Notes under the pieces: model-generated
The model's input: the letters and a program-made list of their open reading frames with translations, nothing else
The model's database searches: none
Told to the model about the DNA's origin: nothing
NCBI GenBank assembly: GCA_031426555.1
Contig: JANPLN010000008.1
Location: 1-64,000 of the forward strand
From: Bdellovibrionales bacterium
GTDB lineage: Bacteria; Bdellovibrionota; Bdellovibrionia; Bdellovibrionales; JAGQZY01
Direction: 5' to 3'
DNA: 64,000 nt
Part shown: positions 29,201 to 44,200 of the stretch, piece after piece
Numbering within the stretch: the stretch's first letter is position 1
Layout of the letters: every line of letters begins with the position of its first letter
Program-made: the position numbers and the translations under genes

Positions 29201-32200
29201 CAACGATGGGTCCGCTGCACAAACGGCCACTCGCGATGTGACTGGCACAGGCGTACCACCGGCGGTTTTATCTATCAGCGATGGTCCATCTTTTGATTTT
29301 GGAATTCAAGCCACCACCAGCATCACCGATCGCACCTTCACGGTCACCAACACTGGGGGCTTTGTGGCTTCCAGTATTACGGGATTAGGCTTAGCGGCGC
29401 CGTTTGAGTTTGCTGGCGGATCGTATCCAGGAGCTTCTGGAAATTGCGGAGCCAATCTTTTACCTGCGGCTACGTGCACAATCGTTGTTCGTTTTAGTCC
29501 AACGCTTGTCGGCCCATTTGCGGATACTATTCAGCTCGATTATGACAATGGCTTCTCAACGCAGTCAGCGACGCGTAATGTAGTGGCCACGGGCGCTAAC
29601 CCAGCGTTATTAACAATTTCCAACGGGCCTACATTCGATTACGGAACTTTAGCTACAGGGTTTAGTCTCAACCAAGCTTTTACAATTAATAACACCGGCG
29701 GCGTTCCAGCCACAGTTATTAGCGAAGTGGGCCTTGCAGCGCCGTTTGCTTTCTTTGGTGGATCATTCCCAGGAACCGGTGGAACATGTACCACGACGCT
29801 TAACCAAGGTGCGAGCTGTACATTGGTAGTTGCATTTAGCCCCACTGTGACAGGTTTGCAATCGGACACGATCGATTTGAGTTATAACAATGGAGCGGGA
29901 GCGACAAATTCCTTACGTGCGGTTCAAGGGACCGGGGCAGCACCAGCGCTCATTACCATCACCGAAGTGGATCCTTACGATTATGGCACTTTAGCTAACG
30001 GCGCCTCCCTTGATCATGTATTCACATTAACAAATACTGGCGGCGTTCCATCATCTGTAATGACGGGAACCGGCCTTGCAGCGCCATTTACTTTTGCCGG
30101 CGGTGCCTACCCGGGTGGTGCAGGAACATGTACGGCAACGTTAGCACCAGCTGCGACCTGTACGATCATTGTGCGATTTAGTCCAACAGTGAGTGGTGCG
30201 GCGAGCGATACCATCGACATCACTTACAACAATGGTGTCATTGCACAAACTTCCAGCCGTCAAGTGATGGGAACGGGTGCAACACCAGCCTTGCTCGCAA
30301 TTTCCAACGGACCAACTTATGATTACGGTTTGATCGCCAATGGTGGAACTTCATCATTTGTATTCACCGTGACCAATAGCGGAGCGGTTCCCGCCACGGC
30401 CATTAGCGAAATTGGTTTGGCAGCTCCCTTTGCCTTCCTCGGTGGAAGCTTTCCAGGAACGGGCGGAACCTGCGGTGTCTCGCTAGGTGCCGGCGGAAGT
30501 TGCTTGGTTGCCATCGAATTTGCTCCCGCAGGTTTGGGTCCATTTAACGACACCATCAGTTTGCAATACAACAATGGAGCCATCGTCACCACTGCAAATC
30601 GCGCTGTTCAGGGAACGGCGGGAGCGCCGGCAAATATTTCAATCAGCGATGGTCCTACCTATAATTACGGAATCAAAGCGACAGGATCCAGTACCGATTA
30701 CACACTCACCCTCACAAACGGCGGCGCTGTCAGCTCCACCTCCATGGCGGGTGTTGGTCTTGCAGCACCATTCACATTCAAGAACGGATCCTACCCAGGA
30801 ACTGGCGGGACCTGTGCGGCCACTCTTGGCGCGGCACTAACGTGTACGATTGTTGTGACCTACGAACCAACCACGGTGGCGGCCCATGCCGATACCATTC
30901 AAATTAATTACAATAACGGAGCCATAGCGACAAACAGCACCCGCGACGTGGCGGGCACTGGCGCCAACCCTGCACTTCTCACCATCGATAGCGGTCCAAC
31001 TTATGACTACGGAAATATCACTTCGGGCGGCGTGGCCATTCGCACCTTTACGGTGGCGAACACTGGCGGCGTGCCAGCTACGACCTTGATAGATACCGGC
31101 GCACTGGCTGCACCATTTTCGTATGTGGGCGCCACATATCCCGGAACTACGGGTACATGTACTGGCAGTTTAAATGCGGGTGCAAGTTGTACGTTGCGAA
31201 TTCAATTTGCGCCGTCAGCAGGTGGTGCGTTTAGTGATACCTTGATTTTAAGTTATTTTGATGGAGCCTCAGCGCAGAGCACCACTCGCGATATACAAGG
31301 AACAGGGTTGAGCCCAGCAGTTCTCACATTGAGCAACGGTCCACTTTACGATTACGGCACACTGACTATTGGCAATAACGCGAATTTTACATTTACTGTA
31401 ACCAACACCGGCGCCACGACAGCAACCGGCGTTTCGGGTTCAGGCCTCGCAGCGCCATTTACATTCTTGGGGGGATCGTACCCAGGGATTGGTGGAACTT
31501 GCGCAGCCACTCTTGTTGGCAGTGGCACAACGTGTACCATCGTTGTCAATTACACGCCTTCCACTGTGGGAACTCAAACCGATACTCTTGATATCGCTTA
31601 CAACGACGGTGTGAATGCGCAAACGTCGAGTCGCAATATTCAAGGTACCGGTATCACGCCAGCAAGCTTAACGTTGAGTGATGGCCCAAGCTTTGACTTT
31701 GCGTTGGTGGCAACCGGCAGTAATAACACAAAAACATTTACCATCACTAACGGTGGCGGAACAACGGCCACAGGTTTGGGTGAATCAGGTCTCGCAGTAC
31801 CATACACATTGCTCGGTGGAGGATTTCCTGGAACCGGCGGAACCTGCGGGGCCACTCTTGCAGCTGCCGGAACTTGTACAATTGTGGTGGCCTATGCACC
31901 AACTCTTGTGGGCGCAACCAGCGACACCATTGTTATTGATTACAACGACGGCGTGATCGCACAAACTGCCACACGCGGTGTTACTGGCACAGCGGCAAAT
32001 CCAGCACTCCTCGCCATTGATAGCGGTCCCACTCACAATTACGGAACTTTGGCCATTGGCTCAGTAAATCTTCGCACCTTCACAGTCAACAACACGGGGG
32101 GCGTGAGCGCCACCGCAGTGAGTGAAGTTGGGCTGGCTGCTCCATTTGCTTTTGCAGGTGGTACATTCCCAGGCACTGGTGGAACATGTATAGCCACCAT

Positions 32201-35200
32201 CGGTGCGGCGAGCAGTTGTACGTTAGTGATTGCTTACTCTCCGACGGCAACAGGTCTACAGAATGATAGTATCGATCTCAGCTATAACAACGGTGCAGCC
32301 GTAACCAATTCCACACGCGCCATTCAAGGAACCGGCGCTTCGCCGGCTTTGATTACGGTGTCGGGTGTGGATCCTGTGGATTATGGAACCCTCGCCAATG
32401 GCGCCAGTCTTGATCAAACATTCACTTTAACAAACACCGGCGGTGTGGATGCCACCGTGATGACCGGAACGGGTCTTGCGGCGCCGTTCACATTTGCTGG
32501 CGGATCTTATCCTGGCGGCGCAGGGACGTGTACGGCGACGTTAACCCCTGCCGCGACATGTACCATTGTTGTTAGATTTAGTCCCATCGTGAGCGGGGCG
32601 GCCAGCGATACCATCGACATTACGTATAACAACGGCGTGATTGCACAAACATCAAGCCGTCAAATTATCGGTACCGGAGCGACACCGGCACTCTTAGCCA
32701 TTTCAAATGGTCCAACCTATGATTATGGTTTGATCGCTAACGGCGGAACATCGTCGTTTGTATTCACAGTGACGAATAGCGGAGCCGTACCTGCAACAGC
32801 CATCAGTGAGATTGGTCTTGCAGCTCCGTTTGCATTCCTAGGCGGAATTTATCCCGGAACCGGTGGAACTTGCAGTATCACTCTTGGCGCTGGCGGAAGT
32901 TGTTTGATCGCAGTGCAGTTTGCTCCTGTGGGCCTGGGTCCATTTAACGACACGATCAGCTTGCAATACAATAACGGAGCCATTGTAACAACGGCCAATC
33001 GCGCTGTGCAGGGAACTGCCGGTGCACCAGCAAGTATTGCGATCAGCGATGGGCCTACCTACGATTACGGTATCAAAGCGACAGGTTCGAGCACGGATTA
33101 TACATTTACTCTCACCAACAGTGGAGCTGTGCCAACAGCCTCTATGGCAGGGGTGGGTCTTGCAGCCCCCTTCCAATTTAAAAACGGATCTTATCCAGGA
33201 ACCGGTGGAACTTGCGGTGTAACTCTTGGAGCAGCACTAACTTGTACAATCATTGTCACTTACGAACCACTCACTGTTGCCGTGCATGCCGACACCATTC
33301 AAATCAATTACAATAACGGCGCCATAGCAACAAATAGCACCCGCGATGTGGCCGGCACTGGTGCAAATCCAGCGTTGCTCACAATTTCCGATGGCCCAAC
33401 TTATGACTACGGAAGCATAACAACCGGCGCCAGTGCGACGCGCACTTTCACAGTGAACAATTCGGGCGGCGTGGCCGCAACCACCTTGGCCGATACGGGA
33501 GGGCTGGCAGCCCCATTCAATTACCTCGGTGGAACTTATCCAGGAACGGGTGGAACGTGTAACACGTCCATTTCGGCAGGTGCGAGTTGTACTATAAGAG
33601 TTAGATACGCACCAACCGCCTCAGGCGTGCAAACCGACACCATCGATTTAAGTTACTTCGACGGCGCTTCCACACAAAACTCAACTCGCGACTTACAAGG
33701 AACTGGTTTAAGCCCTGCTGTTCTCACGATTCTTGGTGTAGATCCTTTCAACTTTGGAACCGTTCCCACCGGCAGCAACAACACGCAGACATTTACAGTT
33801 ACAAATACGGGCGGCACTTCAGCCACCGGAATGTCGGGCACGGGTTTAGCCTTCCCATATAGTTTCTCAGGTGGTTCATACCCAGGTGGTGTGGCAACGT
33901 GCGGAGTTGCTTTAGCTCCAGCGGCATCGTGTACAATCACTGTGGCTTACACTCCTGCAGCGCCGAGTGGTTCAGATGCAGATACCGTGCAAGTCAGTTA
34001 CAACGACGGCTCTGCCGCGCAAGTGGCTTCACGCAATCTTTTAGGAGCCGCAGTAAATCCAGGACTTCTTACGATCAGCGACACAGACCCATATAATTTT
34101 GGAACTCTCGCCATCGGCTCAAGCATCACTCGCACATTCACAATTACCAACACCGGTGGATTTCAAACGTCGGCCATGATTGAATCGGGAATCGCTGCAC
34201 CATTTACTTATTTTGGTGGAACGTACCCAGGAACTGCTGGAACCTGTTCCACCACTCTTGCGGCGGCAGGAACATGTACGATCGTTGTTCAGTACGCACC
34301 ATCGGCGGCTGCCTTACAAACAGACACTATTAGTTTTGCCTACAACGACGGCGTCAACGCTCAAAGCGTGACTCGTCAGGTTCAGGGAACTGGCGCAAAT
34401 CCAGCGGTACTCACACTGTCTGATGCGGATCCTTATGATTATGGAACGCGCGCTGTGGGCTCGGCTCTTTCCCGCACTTTCACTCTCACAAATACCGGTG
34501 GCTTTACCGCCTCGGCCATTGCCGAAGTGGGACTGGCTCTTCCATTTCGTTTTGTCGGTGGAACGTTCCCTGGAACTCTCGGAACGTGTACGGCCACACT
34601 CACGCCCACATCCAGTTGTACTCTCGTTATTGAATTTGTGCCTACGGGAACAGGTCTTTTTGCTGACACCATCGATATCAATTACAACAATGGTGCGAGT
34701 TTGGTTAACGTCACTCGCCAAGTTCAAGGAACTGGCGCAGCGCCGGCGCTGATTACTATTACCGATACCGATCCTTACGATTTTGGCAACATCACCGTGG
34801 GCGCGACTGCCACACGGGCATTTACGTTGAACAATACTGGCGCTGTTCCTGCAACGGCTTTGGGTGGTGCGGGTCTTGCGTCGCCGTTTTCGTTCCTCGG
34901 TGGATCGTTCCCTGGAACGGGTGGAAATTGCGGTGTCACCCTCGGAGCCGGCGCCAACTGTTTAGTGGTGGTTGAATTTGCACCGGTGGCTCCAGTGGCT
35001 TCCAGCGATACAATGGATATTAACTATAATAACGGAGTGACAGGTCAGACCAGTTCTCGTCAAGTGACGGGAACCGGTGTGGCTCCGGCGCTCTTAGCCA
35101 TCGATAGTGGTCCAACCTATGATTATGGTTTGATCGCCAACGGCGGCGTGCTCGATCGAACATTCACAGTTTCGAACAGTGGAGCCAGTGCGGCTTCGGC

Positions 35201-38200
35201 CATTAGCGAAACTGGCTTAGCAGCTCCGTTTGCTTTCTTAGGTGGTGGTTATCCTGGAACTGGCGGAACGTGTGGCGTGAGTATCGCAGCGGGTGCAAGT
35301 TGTACCCTCGTGATTCGTTATTCGCCGCTCGCGGTGGCTGTCCACAGCGACACGATCAATCTGCAATACAACAACGGTGCGGCCGTGGCCAACGCTACTC
35401 GTGCGGTGCAAGGTCAAGCGGGAGCTCCGGCTCTGGTTGCAATCTCCAACGGACCTACCTTTAACTACGGAACACAAGCGACAGGAAGTAGCACATCGTT
35501 TACCTTTACTTTAAATAACAGCGGTGCAGTGAGCGCCACAAGTTTAGCTGACGCCGGTGTCTTGGCAGCTCCGTTTGTTTACGTGGGTGGAACCTATCCT
35601 GGAACTTTGGGAACTTGCGGAGCCACTCTCTTAGCCGGTGCCAACTGTACCATCGTCCTCGCCTTTGAACCGACGGGACTTGGAGCGGCGACCGACACCG
35701 TGCAAATTAATTACAACGACGGTGCAACAGCGCAAAATACAACTCGTGATCTTGCCGGAACCGGTGCCAACCCAGCCCTCTTAGCCATCGACAGTGGTCC
35801 AACATACAACTACGGAAGTATCACCGTGGGAGCCACCGCCGATCGCACCTTCACTGTGAACAACTCGGGCGGCGTTGCTGCCACGCTCATCAGCGAAACT
35901 GGTTTAGCAGCTCCATTTGCCTTCTTGGGCGGAACGTATCCAGGAACGGGTGGAACTTGTGCTGCGTCCGTTTCGGCGGGTGCAAGTTGTACGCTCGTGG
36001 TGCGCTACGCACCGACGGCATCGGGTGTGGTTAACGACACTCTCACTCTTCAATACTACAACGGAGCAGCGACAACAAATTCCACGCGCGATATCACTGG
36101 CGCTGGTTTACTTGCCGCAACCATCACCATCAGCGAGCTTGAACCTTACTCGTTTGGTACTGTGCCAAGTGGAAGCTTAAACAACTACACATTTACATTA
36201 TCAAACACCGGTGGATCCACTGCCACTGCCATCGTCGGTGGCGGATTAGCGGCGCCGTATAGTTTCTTTGGCGGAAGTTATCCTGGAACTGGTGGAACAT
36301 GTACAGTCACACTCACGGCCGGCGCCAACTGTACGATTGTGGTTCGTTACGCGCCAGCGGCACCAAGTCCGTCCGATGTTGACGCCATTCAAATTGATTA
36401 TAATAACGGTGTGATTGCCCAATCGGTCACTCGCGGAGTGACCGGTGTGTCGGTAGCTCCAGCGATTCTCATTATCAGCGATGCCAACCCTTACAACTTT
36501 GGAACACTTGCCGTGGGCGCCAGTTCTACAAAAACATTTACAATCACGAACAGCGGGGTCTTCCAAGCGTCAGCCATGACAGAGATCGGACTTGCCGCTC
36601 CATTTACTTTTGTGGGTGGAAGCTATCCTGGAACAGCGGGAACGTGCACTGCAACCCTCAATGGCGGAGCTTCGTGTACGTTGGTTGTTCGTTACGCACC
36701 AGGTGTTCCAAGCCCTGCGGATAATGACACTCTCACAATGCAGTACAACGATGGTGTGAATGTTCAGGTTTCCAATCGCACCGTCACGGGTGTCGCTGTA
36801 ACTCCTGCCAACATCACAATTACCGACAGCGATCCTTACGATTACGGAACAGTCGCGCAAGGAGCGGTGGCCACGCGAACATTTACGTTAACGAACTCCG
36901 GCGGATTTACAGCCAGTGCGCTGAGCGAGGTTGGCTTGGCAGCTCCTTTTGGTTTTGCCGGTGGAGCATTCCCTGGAACTGCTGGTACTTGTGCGGTGAC
37001 TATTGCTCCGGCAGCAGCCTGTACAGTGGTTATTGCTTTTAGTCCAACCGGTACAGGGCTATTCTCCGACACCATGGATTTTAGTTACAACAACGGAGCG
37101 ACAACGGTTAATTCGACACGACAGTTGCAGGGAACTGGCGCCGCTCCAGCCTTGATCACTATCACCGATACAGATCCTTACGATTTTGGAAATATCACCG
37201 TGGGCGCCACAGCAACGCGCACCTTCACACTGACGAATACAGGAGCCGTTCCAGCCACAGCCGTGGGAGGCGCAGGACTGGCTTCGCCATTCTCGTTCTT
37301 AGGTGGAAGCTTCCCCGGCGGCGGAACGTGTACGGCGACGATTGCTGTTTCTGCAAGTTGCACTGTGGTTGTGGAATTTGCCCCTGTAGCATCGGTCGCT
37401 TCCAGCGACACCATGGACATTAATTATAATAACGGAGTGAATGCACAAACGAGTTCTCGTCAAGTGACAGGAACTGGTGTTTCGCCTGCACTTCTCGCGA
37501 TCAACAGTGGTCCAACCTATGATTACGGTTTAATCGCTAACGGCGGCGTGCGCGACAGAACATTTACAGTTTCAAACAGTGGCGCCAGCGCGGCTTCGGC
37601 AATCAGCGAAACGGGTTTAGCGGCTCCATTTGCTTTCTTAGGTGGAGGCTATCCAGGAACGGGTGGAACTTGCGGTGTTTCCATCGCTGCTGGTGGAAGT
37701 TGTACTTTAGTGATTCGTTACTCTCCACTAGCCGTGGCCGCACATAGTGATACGATTAATTTACAGTACAACAACGGCGCGGCAGTCGCTAACGCCACTC
37801 GTCCTGTGCAAGGTCAGGCGGGAGCTCCAGCCCTCGTGGCCATTTCCAACGGGCCTACGTATAACTACGGAACACAAGCGACAGGCAGCAGCACGCCATT
37901 TACATTTACATTAAACAACAGCGGTGCGGTGAGCGCCACGAGCCTTGCAGATGGTGCGGGTCTCGCAGCACCATTTGTCTATGTGGGTGGTTCGTATCCT
38001 GGAACCCTTGGAACCTGCGGAGCCACTCTCACTGCAGGGGCAAATTGTACGATTGTTGTGGCCTTTGAACCAACCGGTTTGGGTGCTTCGGCCGACACGA
38101 TTATTATTAATTACAACGACGGTGCCGTCGCGCAAAGCTCCACTCGTGATCTTGCAGGCACCGGCGCAAATCCTGCGCTTCTTGCGATTGACAGTGGCCC

Positions 38201-41200
38201 AACTTACGATTTTGGTAACGTCACAGTGGGTGCCAGCGCAACCCGCACATTTATGGTAAGTAACACCGGCGGAGTGGCGGCCACAGCGCTCGCCGATGCC
38301 GCAGCATTGGCCGCTCCATTTAATTATTTGGGAGCAGCCTATGCTGGAACCGGCGGAACATGTAATACGACACTTTCAGCGGGTGGCACATGTACAGTGG
38401 TGTTGGAATACGCGCCTGTCGGCACCGGTTTAGCTACTGATACTTTAGTACTTAATTATTTTAACGGCGCCACAGCACAAACCACAACTCGTCCTCTGCA
38501 AGGAACGGGTTTAGCTCCAGCCGTGCTTGCGATCTCGAACGGTCCGGTGAGTTATGATTTTGGAACACGGCCCACTGGAAGCACCAACGACTTTACACTG
38601 ACTGTCACCAACACGGGCGGATCCATTGCAACGGCCATGGCCGGAGCAGGTCTCGCTGCGCCTTACAGTTTTGTCGGTGGTTCATACCCGGGTGGCGCAG
38701 GAACTTGTGCTCTCACACTTGGAGTGGGTGCAAGTTGTACCATCATCGTACGCTACGCTCCGATCGTGGTCAGCGGCAGCGATGTGGATACGATTCAAAT
38801 TACATATAACGACGGCTTCGCCGCGCAAATGAGTACACGCGGCCTTACTGGCGTGGCGGTGGCTCCAGCCGTATTGACGATCAGCGATTCAAATCCCTAC
38901 AACTTTGGAACACTGGCTGTGGGTGCGGGCTCAACAAAAACATTTACAATCACCAACACCGGAACTTTCCAAGCGTCGGCTGTCATTGAAAATGGTTTGG
39001 CCGCTCCATTTACTTACGTGGGTGGTTCATATCCTGGAACAGCAGGAACATGTTCTAACACTCTGAACGGTGGAGCAGCTTGTACGATTGTTGTTCGATA
39101 CGCCCCGGGCGCACCAAGTGTTTTAGACGCGGATTCCATCAATTTTGATTACAACGATGGAGTCGCAGCGCAATCAGTAGCTCGAACAGTCCAAGGTGTG
39201 GCAGTGACGCCGGCCAATATTACGATCACCGACAGCGATCCCTATGATTATGGAACCATTGCGCAAGGTGCCGTGGCCACGCGAACATTCACTTTAACCA
39301 ACACCGGCGGATTTACAGCCAGTGCGCTGAGCGAAGTTGGTTTAGCTGCACCGTTTGCGTTTGCCGGTGGAACATTCCCTGGCACAGCAGGTACCTGCGC
39401 GGTGACTATTGCGCCGTCTGCAGCGTGTACCGTTGTGATTGCGTTTAGCCCAGTCGCTACTGGTTTATTCTCCGACACGATGGATTTTAGTTACAACAAC
39501 GGAGCGACAACGGTTAATTCTGCACGGCAGTTGCAGGGCACTGGCGCCGCTCCGGCATTGATCACGATCACCGATACAGATCCTTACGACTTTGGAAATA
39601 TCACTGTGGGTGCCACAGCGACTCGCACATTCACACTGACGAATACGGGAGCCGTTCCAGCAACAGCTGTGGGTGGAGCTGGATTGGCTTCGCCATTCTC
39701 GTTCTTAGGTGGAGCATATCCTGGTACGGGCGGAACATGTTCTACGCCGATCGCAGTGTCTGCAAGTTGCACCGTGGTCGTGGAATTTGCGCCGGTAGCA
39801 TCGGTCGCTTCCAGCGACACCATGGATATTAATTATAATAACGGAGTGAGTGCGCAAACAAGTTCTCGTCAAGTAACTGGGACGGGCGTTTCTCCGGCGC
39901 TACTCACCATCGACAGTGGTCCCACCTATGACTATGGTTTGATCGCTAACGGTGGCGTACGCGATCGCACCTTTACAGTTTCAAACACGGGTGCCAGTGC
40001 CGCCTCGGCCATCAGCGAAACTGGTTTAGCCGCTCCATTTGCTTTCTTAGGTGGAGGTTTTCCTGGAACGGGCGGAACGTGCGGCGTGAGTATCGCAGCC
40101 GGTGCAAGTTGTACATTAGTAATTCGCTACTCTCCATTGGCCGTCGCTGCCCACAGCGATACGATTAATCTTCAATACAACAACGGAGCAGCTGTAACCA
40201 ACGCTACACGCGCCGTACAAGGTCAAGCGGGAGCGCCAGCTCTTGTGGCCATCTCGAATGGTCCTACTTACAGCTTCGGAACACAAGCGACAGGCAGCAG
40301 CACACCATTTACTTTTACGCTAAATAACAGCGGTGCGGTGAGTGCCACAAGCTTGGCTGATGGTGCCGGTCTCGCAGCTCCATTCACTTATGTGGGCGGA
40401 ACATATCCTGGAACATTGGGAACCTGCGGAGCCACACTCACTGCCGGTGCAAATTGTACCATCGTCGTGGCCTTCGAACCCACCGGTCTTGGCGCTGCCA
40501 ACGACACCATTCTCATTAACTATAACGATGGCGCTGCTGCACAAAGCACAACTCGCGATCTCACAGGAACTGGCGCCAACCCAGCTCTCTTAGCCATCGA
40601 CAGCGGGCCTACCTATGATTTTGGAAACGTCACTGTCGGTGCCACTGCAACTCGCACGTTTATCGTCAGTAACACGGGTGGCGTAGCTGCCACTGCGGTT
40701 GCCGATGCGGCTGCACTTGCGGCGCCATTTCGCTACTTGGGTGCGTCTTATCCCGGGACTGGTGGAACTTGTAATACGACACTCTCCGCAGCAGCAACCT
40801 GTACTGTTGTCCTCGAGTACGCACCGACCGGAACAGGGTTAGCCACAGACACCTTAGTAATTAATTATTTTAACGGCGCTTCGGCGCAAACCACCACTCG
40901 TGCGATTCAAGGAACTGGTTTAGCTCCAGCATTACTTACCATTTCAAATGGTCCTGGAAGTTACAACTTTGGAACCGTGCCAACTGGCAGCACAAACAAC
41001 TTTACATTCACTATTAACAACACGGGTGGATCCATTGCCACGGCCATGGCCGGAGCAGGTCTTGCAGCTCCGTACAGTTTCGTTGGCGGATCTTATCCCG
41101 GTGGCGCAGGAACGTGTGCTCTCACTCTTGGAGTGGGCGCAAGTTGTACGATCATCGTGCGCTACGCTCCAACAGTGGTGAGTGGTAGCGATGTGGACAC

Positions 41201-44200
41201 TGTTGAAATCACTTATAACGATGGTGCAGCAGCACAAATGAGTACGCGCGGTCTTACTGGAATTGCTGTAGCTCCCGCTGTATTGACGATCAGCGATGCA
41301 AATCCTTACAACTTTGGCACTTTGGCTGTGGGTGCGAGTGCCACAAAAACATTTACAATCACCAACACCGGAAGTTTCCAAGCGTCGGCCGTTGTTGAAA
41401 ACGGTTTAGCTGCTCCGTTCACTTATGTGGGTGGTTCATATCCTGGTACAGCAGGAACATGTTCGAACACTCTTAACGGTGGCGCAGCTTGTACGATCGT
41501 TGTGCAGTACGCTCCAGGTGCACCAAGCGTCCTCGATGCAGACTCCATCAATTTTGACTACAATGACGGAGTCGTAGCACAATCCGTGGCTCGCACGGTG
41601 CAAGGTATTGCAGTTACACCAGCCAACATTACCATCACCGATAGCGATCCTTACGATTATGGAACCATCGCGCAAGGTGCCGTAGCCACGCGAACATTTA
41701 CCTTAACGAACACCGGCGGTTTCACAGCTTCGGCACTGAGCGAAGTTGGTTTGGCTGCTCCGTTTGCTTATGCCGGCGGATCCTTCCCAGGAACAGCGGG
41801 AACTTGTGCAGTGACCATTGCGCCATCGGCGGCGTGTACCGTTGTGATTGCGTTTAGTCCAACAGGCACAGGTTTATTTTCAGACACCATGAATTTTAGT
41901 TACAACAACGGAGCGACAACTGTGAGCTCCACACGACAGCTTCAGGGAACTGGCGCAGCTCCAGCGTTGATCACTATTACCGACACCGATCCTTACGACT
42001 TCGGCAACATCACTGTAGGTGCCACGGCCACGCGCACGTTTACAATTACAAATACGGGTGCGGTTCCAGCCACAGCAGTGGGTGGAGCCGGACTGGCTTC
42101 GCCATTCTCATTCTTAGGTGGTTCTTATCCAGGAACTGGCGGTACGTGTTCGACACCGATCGCTGTTTCTGCAAGTTGTACTGTGGTTGTGGAATTTGCA
42201 CCAGTCGCTTCTTTGGCTTCAAGCGATACCATGGATATCAATTACAACAACGGCGTTTCGGCGCAAACAAGTTCTCGTCAAGTGACGGGAACTGGTGTTT
42301 CACCAGCACTGCTCGCCATCGACAGTGGTCCAACGTATGATTTTAGTTTAATAGCTAACGGCGGCGTGCGCGATCGCACCTTTACAGTTTCAAACAGTGG
42401 AGCCAGTGCTGCTTCGGCTATCAGCGAAGTTGGCTTGGCCGCACCTTTTGCTTTCTTAGGTGGTGGTTATCCAGGAACCGGTGGAACCTGCGGCGTAACA
42501 ATCGCAGCGGGAGCCAGTTGTACGCTGGTGATTCGTTACTCACCACTTGCCGTTGCCGCGCATACCGACACTCTCGATTTACAATACAATAACGGTGCGG
42601 CCGTCGCCAACGCCACTCGTCCTGTACAAGGTCAAGCGGGAGCTCCTGCTCTGGTTGCCATTTCTGATGGCCCTACTTATAACTACGGAACGCGCGCGAC
42701 AGGCTCCAGCACATCGTATACGTTCACGTTAACCAACAGTGGTGCCGTGAGTGCAACCAGCATGGCCGATGCGGCAGCTCTCGCAGCTCCTTTCGTTTAC
42801 GTCGGTGGCACTTATCCTGGAACTCTAGGAACTTGCGGAGCCACACTCCTTGCTGGCGCAAACTGTACCATCGTTCTTGCCTTCGAACCCACTGGAACCG
42901 GTTTGGCTAGCGACACCGTACAGATCAATTACAACAACGGGGCTTCGGTACAAAACTCCACGCGCGATCTCATCGGTACTGGCGCAAACCCAGCCCTCTT
43001 AGCCATCGACAGTGGACCCACTTACAATTATGGAACCGTAACTGTGGGCGCCATCGCCACGCGCACCTTTCTTGTCTCGAACACTGGTGGCGTCGCCGCC
43101 ACTGTTGTGAGCGAAACCGGTTTAGCCGCACCATTCACGTTTGTGGGTGGAACATATCCTGGAACTGGTGGGACCTGTGCCGCTTCGATTTCGGCGGGCG
43201 CAAGTTGTAACTTAGTGGTCCAATTTGCTCCAGCGGGTTCTGGTGTGGCCAACGACACGATCAATCTTTCCTACTACAACGGCGCGGCAACAACTGCGGC
43301 CACTCGCGACGTGACCGGTGCGGGTGCAGCTCCTGCAGTGATCACGATCAGCGAACTCAATCCTTACAATTACGGAACACGTCCAACCGGAAGCATCAAT
43401 AACTACACATTCACGTTAACCAACACTGGCGGATCCACAGCTACAGCCATTGTCGGCGGTGGTTTGGCTGCGCCTTACAGTTATCTCGCAGGTTCTTACC
43501 CAGGCACGGGCGGAACATGTACGGCCACACTCACTGCGGGCGCAAACTGTATCATCGTTGTTTCCTACGCTCCGTCGGCTCCAAGTGTTGCCGACAATGA
43601 TTCCATTCAAATTGATTACAACGATGGTGTAAATTCGCAATCGTCACTTCGCCAGCTTACAGGCGTGGCAGTGGCTCCGGCCTTACTCACCATCAGCGAC
43701 GCGAACCCTTACAACTACGGCACACTGGCCGTTGGCGCAAGCGCCTCGCACCCATTTACAATCACCAATACGGGTTCTTTCCAAGCCAGTGCCATGACCG
43801 AAATTGGTCTGGGCGCACCTTATACGTTCGTCGGTGGAAGCTATCCTGGGACTGGCGGAACATGTACGGCCACCTTGAATCCAACCGTCTCTTGTACATT
43901 GGTTGTTCAATACGCTCCCGGTGTTCCAAGTGTTGCGGATAACGACACACTCACCATGCAGTACAACGATGGCGTGAATGTACAAACGGTCAACCGCACA
44001 GTGACTGGTGTGGCAGTGACGCCAGCGAATATTACGCTTTCCGATAGCGATCCGTATGATTATGGAACCATTGCGCAAACGTCGTCGGCAAATCGTACGT
44101 TCACGTTAACAAATACGGGTGGATTTACCGCGTCGGCGATTAGCGAAACTGGTTTAGCGGCACCGTTTGCTTTCCTCGGTGGCGCGTTCCCAGGCACTGG